DNA from: Minisyncoccota bacterium
GTDB taxonomy: Bacteria > Patescibacteriota > Minisyncoccia > Phycocordibacterales > UBA6065
Direction: 5' to 3'
Length of the DNA: 64,000 nt
NCBI GenBank assembly: GCA_036400935.1
Contig: DASWWW010000002.1
Location: forward strand, 201,529-265,528
Part shown: in pieces, positions 63,167-64,000 of the stretch
Position numbering within the stretch: position 1 is the stretch's first letter
Layout of the letters: each line of letters starts with the position of its first letter
Notes under the pieces: model-generated
The model's database searches: none
Told to the model about the DNA's origin: nothing
Seen by the model: only the letters and a program-made list of their open reading frames with translations
Program-made: the position numbers and the translations under genes

Positions 63167-63880
63167 TTATGCCGGAAGATGGATATGGCGCTTCGCATGC
63201 GTCTTGGTATCGCTCTGAATGGCACCGTCCTTGATGAATATGATGCGGTCGGCATGCTCTGCCACGTCCTGCTCGTGGGTGATGAGCACGATCGTCCTGC
63301 CCTGCTCCTTGTTGAGCTTCTGGAACGTGCCCAGAACGATCTCGCCCGTCTTTGAATCGAGATTTCCCGTCGGCTCGTCTGCAAGGATAAGCGTCGGATC
63401 GTTCACGAGCGCGCGGGCGATGGCCACGCGCTGGATCTGGCCTCCGGACAGCTGGTTGGACTTGTTCTGATAAAGGCGCGCATCGAGGCCGGCAGCGGCC
63501 AATGCCTTGTTCGCCTTCTCGTCGCGGATGCCGGTCGCTACGCCCGCATATACGAGAGGCAGCGATACGTTGCGCAGCACGGTCGTTCGAGGCAAGAGGT
63601 TGAAGGACTGGAATACGAAGCCGATCTTGTCCTTGCGGATATCGGCGAGCTCGTCGTCGGAGAGCTCCGAAACGTCCTTGTCGTCGAGGAAATACTCGCC
63701 CGATGTCGGCGTATCGAGGGCGCCCAGGATATGCATGAGCGTGGACTTTCCCGATCCAGAGGGGCCCATGATAGCCACGAACTCGCCGTCCTTGATCGTA
63801 AAGCTCACTCCCTTCAAAGCCTGAAAGGCAACGTCCGTTCCTGGCGAGTACGTTTTTGTGACGTTCTTTATCTCTATCAT
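63167..63880 (-). CDS. ABC transporter ATP-binding protein (MacB/LolD-type)
   Basis: 237 aa; Walker A GPSGSGKST, signature LSGGQIQRVAIARAL, Walker B ILADEPTGNLD. Confidence 0.85.
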   Translation of the reverse strand: MIEIKNVTKTYSPGTDVAFQALKGVSFTIKDGEFVAIMGPSGSGKSTLMHILGALDTPTSGEYFLDDKDVSELSDDELADIRKDKIGFVFQSFNLLPRTTVLRNVSLPLVYAGVATGIRDEKANKALAAAGLDARLYQNKSNQLSGGQIQRVAIARALVNDPTLILADEPTGNLDSKTGEIVLGTFQKLNKEQGRTIVLITHEQDVAEHADRIIFIKDGAIQSDTKTHAKRHIHLPA

Positions 63881-63881
63881 G

Positions 63882-64000
63882 CTAGCGAGTGATTACCTGG
63901 ACCTGCTGGAAACTGCCGCCCGAGGTCGCGCCCGCCGGAGCGCTGAACGTGGCATTGCCTGTCATGACGCGAGTGCCCGAATTTGCTCCATTGCGATTCC
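63882..64000 (-). CDS. C-terminal fragment of upstream gene, probably efflux periplasmic adaptor subunit (partial)
   Basis: In-frame minus-strand reading ...TGNATFSAPAGATSGGSFQQVQVITR* ending 1 nt before ABC ATPase start; operon logic (adaptor–ATPase–permease). Confidence 0.35.
   Translation of the reverse strand, partial: NRNGANSGTRVMTGNATFSAPAGATSGGSFQQVQVITR

Overview
This is a 64-kb window from a high-GC bacterial chromosome. Most genes are on the minus strand from 1 to 38 kb and on the plus strand from 38 to 59 kb; there are no rRNA genes. It carries one tRNA-Gln(CTG) at about 38.1 kb. I found no CRISPR array and no classical integrase or transposase.

The backbone encodes housekeeping and envelope functions:
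- a DsbB plus thioredoxin pair;
- LexA with a Gram-positive-type SOS box (GAAC-N4-GTTC);
- a cyclophilin, a DEAD-box RNA helicase, an ABC-F protein, a PIF1-like helicase, a NhaD/ArsB permease and MltG;
- two large secreted surface proteins with C-terminal peptidoglycan-binding modules;
- a GH6 cellulase and a clan-A glycoside hydrolase that share a domain I do not recognise;
- a MacB-type ABC exporter.

Four regions stand out:
1. An AT-rich island at about 17.5–27.4 kb carries a complete type I restriction-modification operon (HTH–hsdM–hsdS–hsdR), a zinc-ribbon membrane protein, a 903-aa SF1 helicase with an uncharacterised N-terminal half of about 490 aa, and an orphan vsr.
2. A plus-strand array of small unrelated genes at 38.9–41.4 kb sits next to the tRNA-Gln. 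Each gene is preceded by a copy of a conserved 29–55 bp repeat, with four good copies and one degenerate copy.
3. A cluster at 44.7–47.7 kb encodes a membrane-anchored Cas2-like protein, an Mrr restriction enzyme, a GrpB nucleotidyltransferase with a transmembrane tail, and a divergent CYTH-like protein.
4. A repeated TAAAGGACAT motif array lies upstream of the giant surface-protein gene at 1451..5179.

An identical 29-nt terminator hairpin occurs at two loci. All calls come from reading the translated ORFs and the DNA by eye; no database searches or computations were run.
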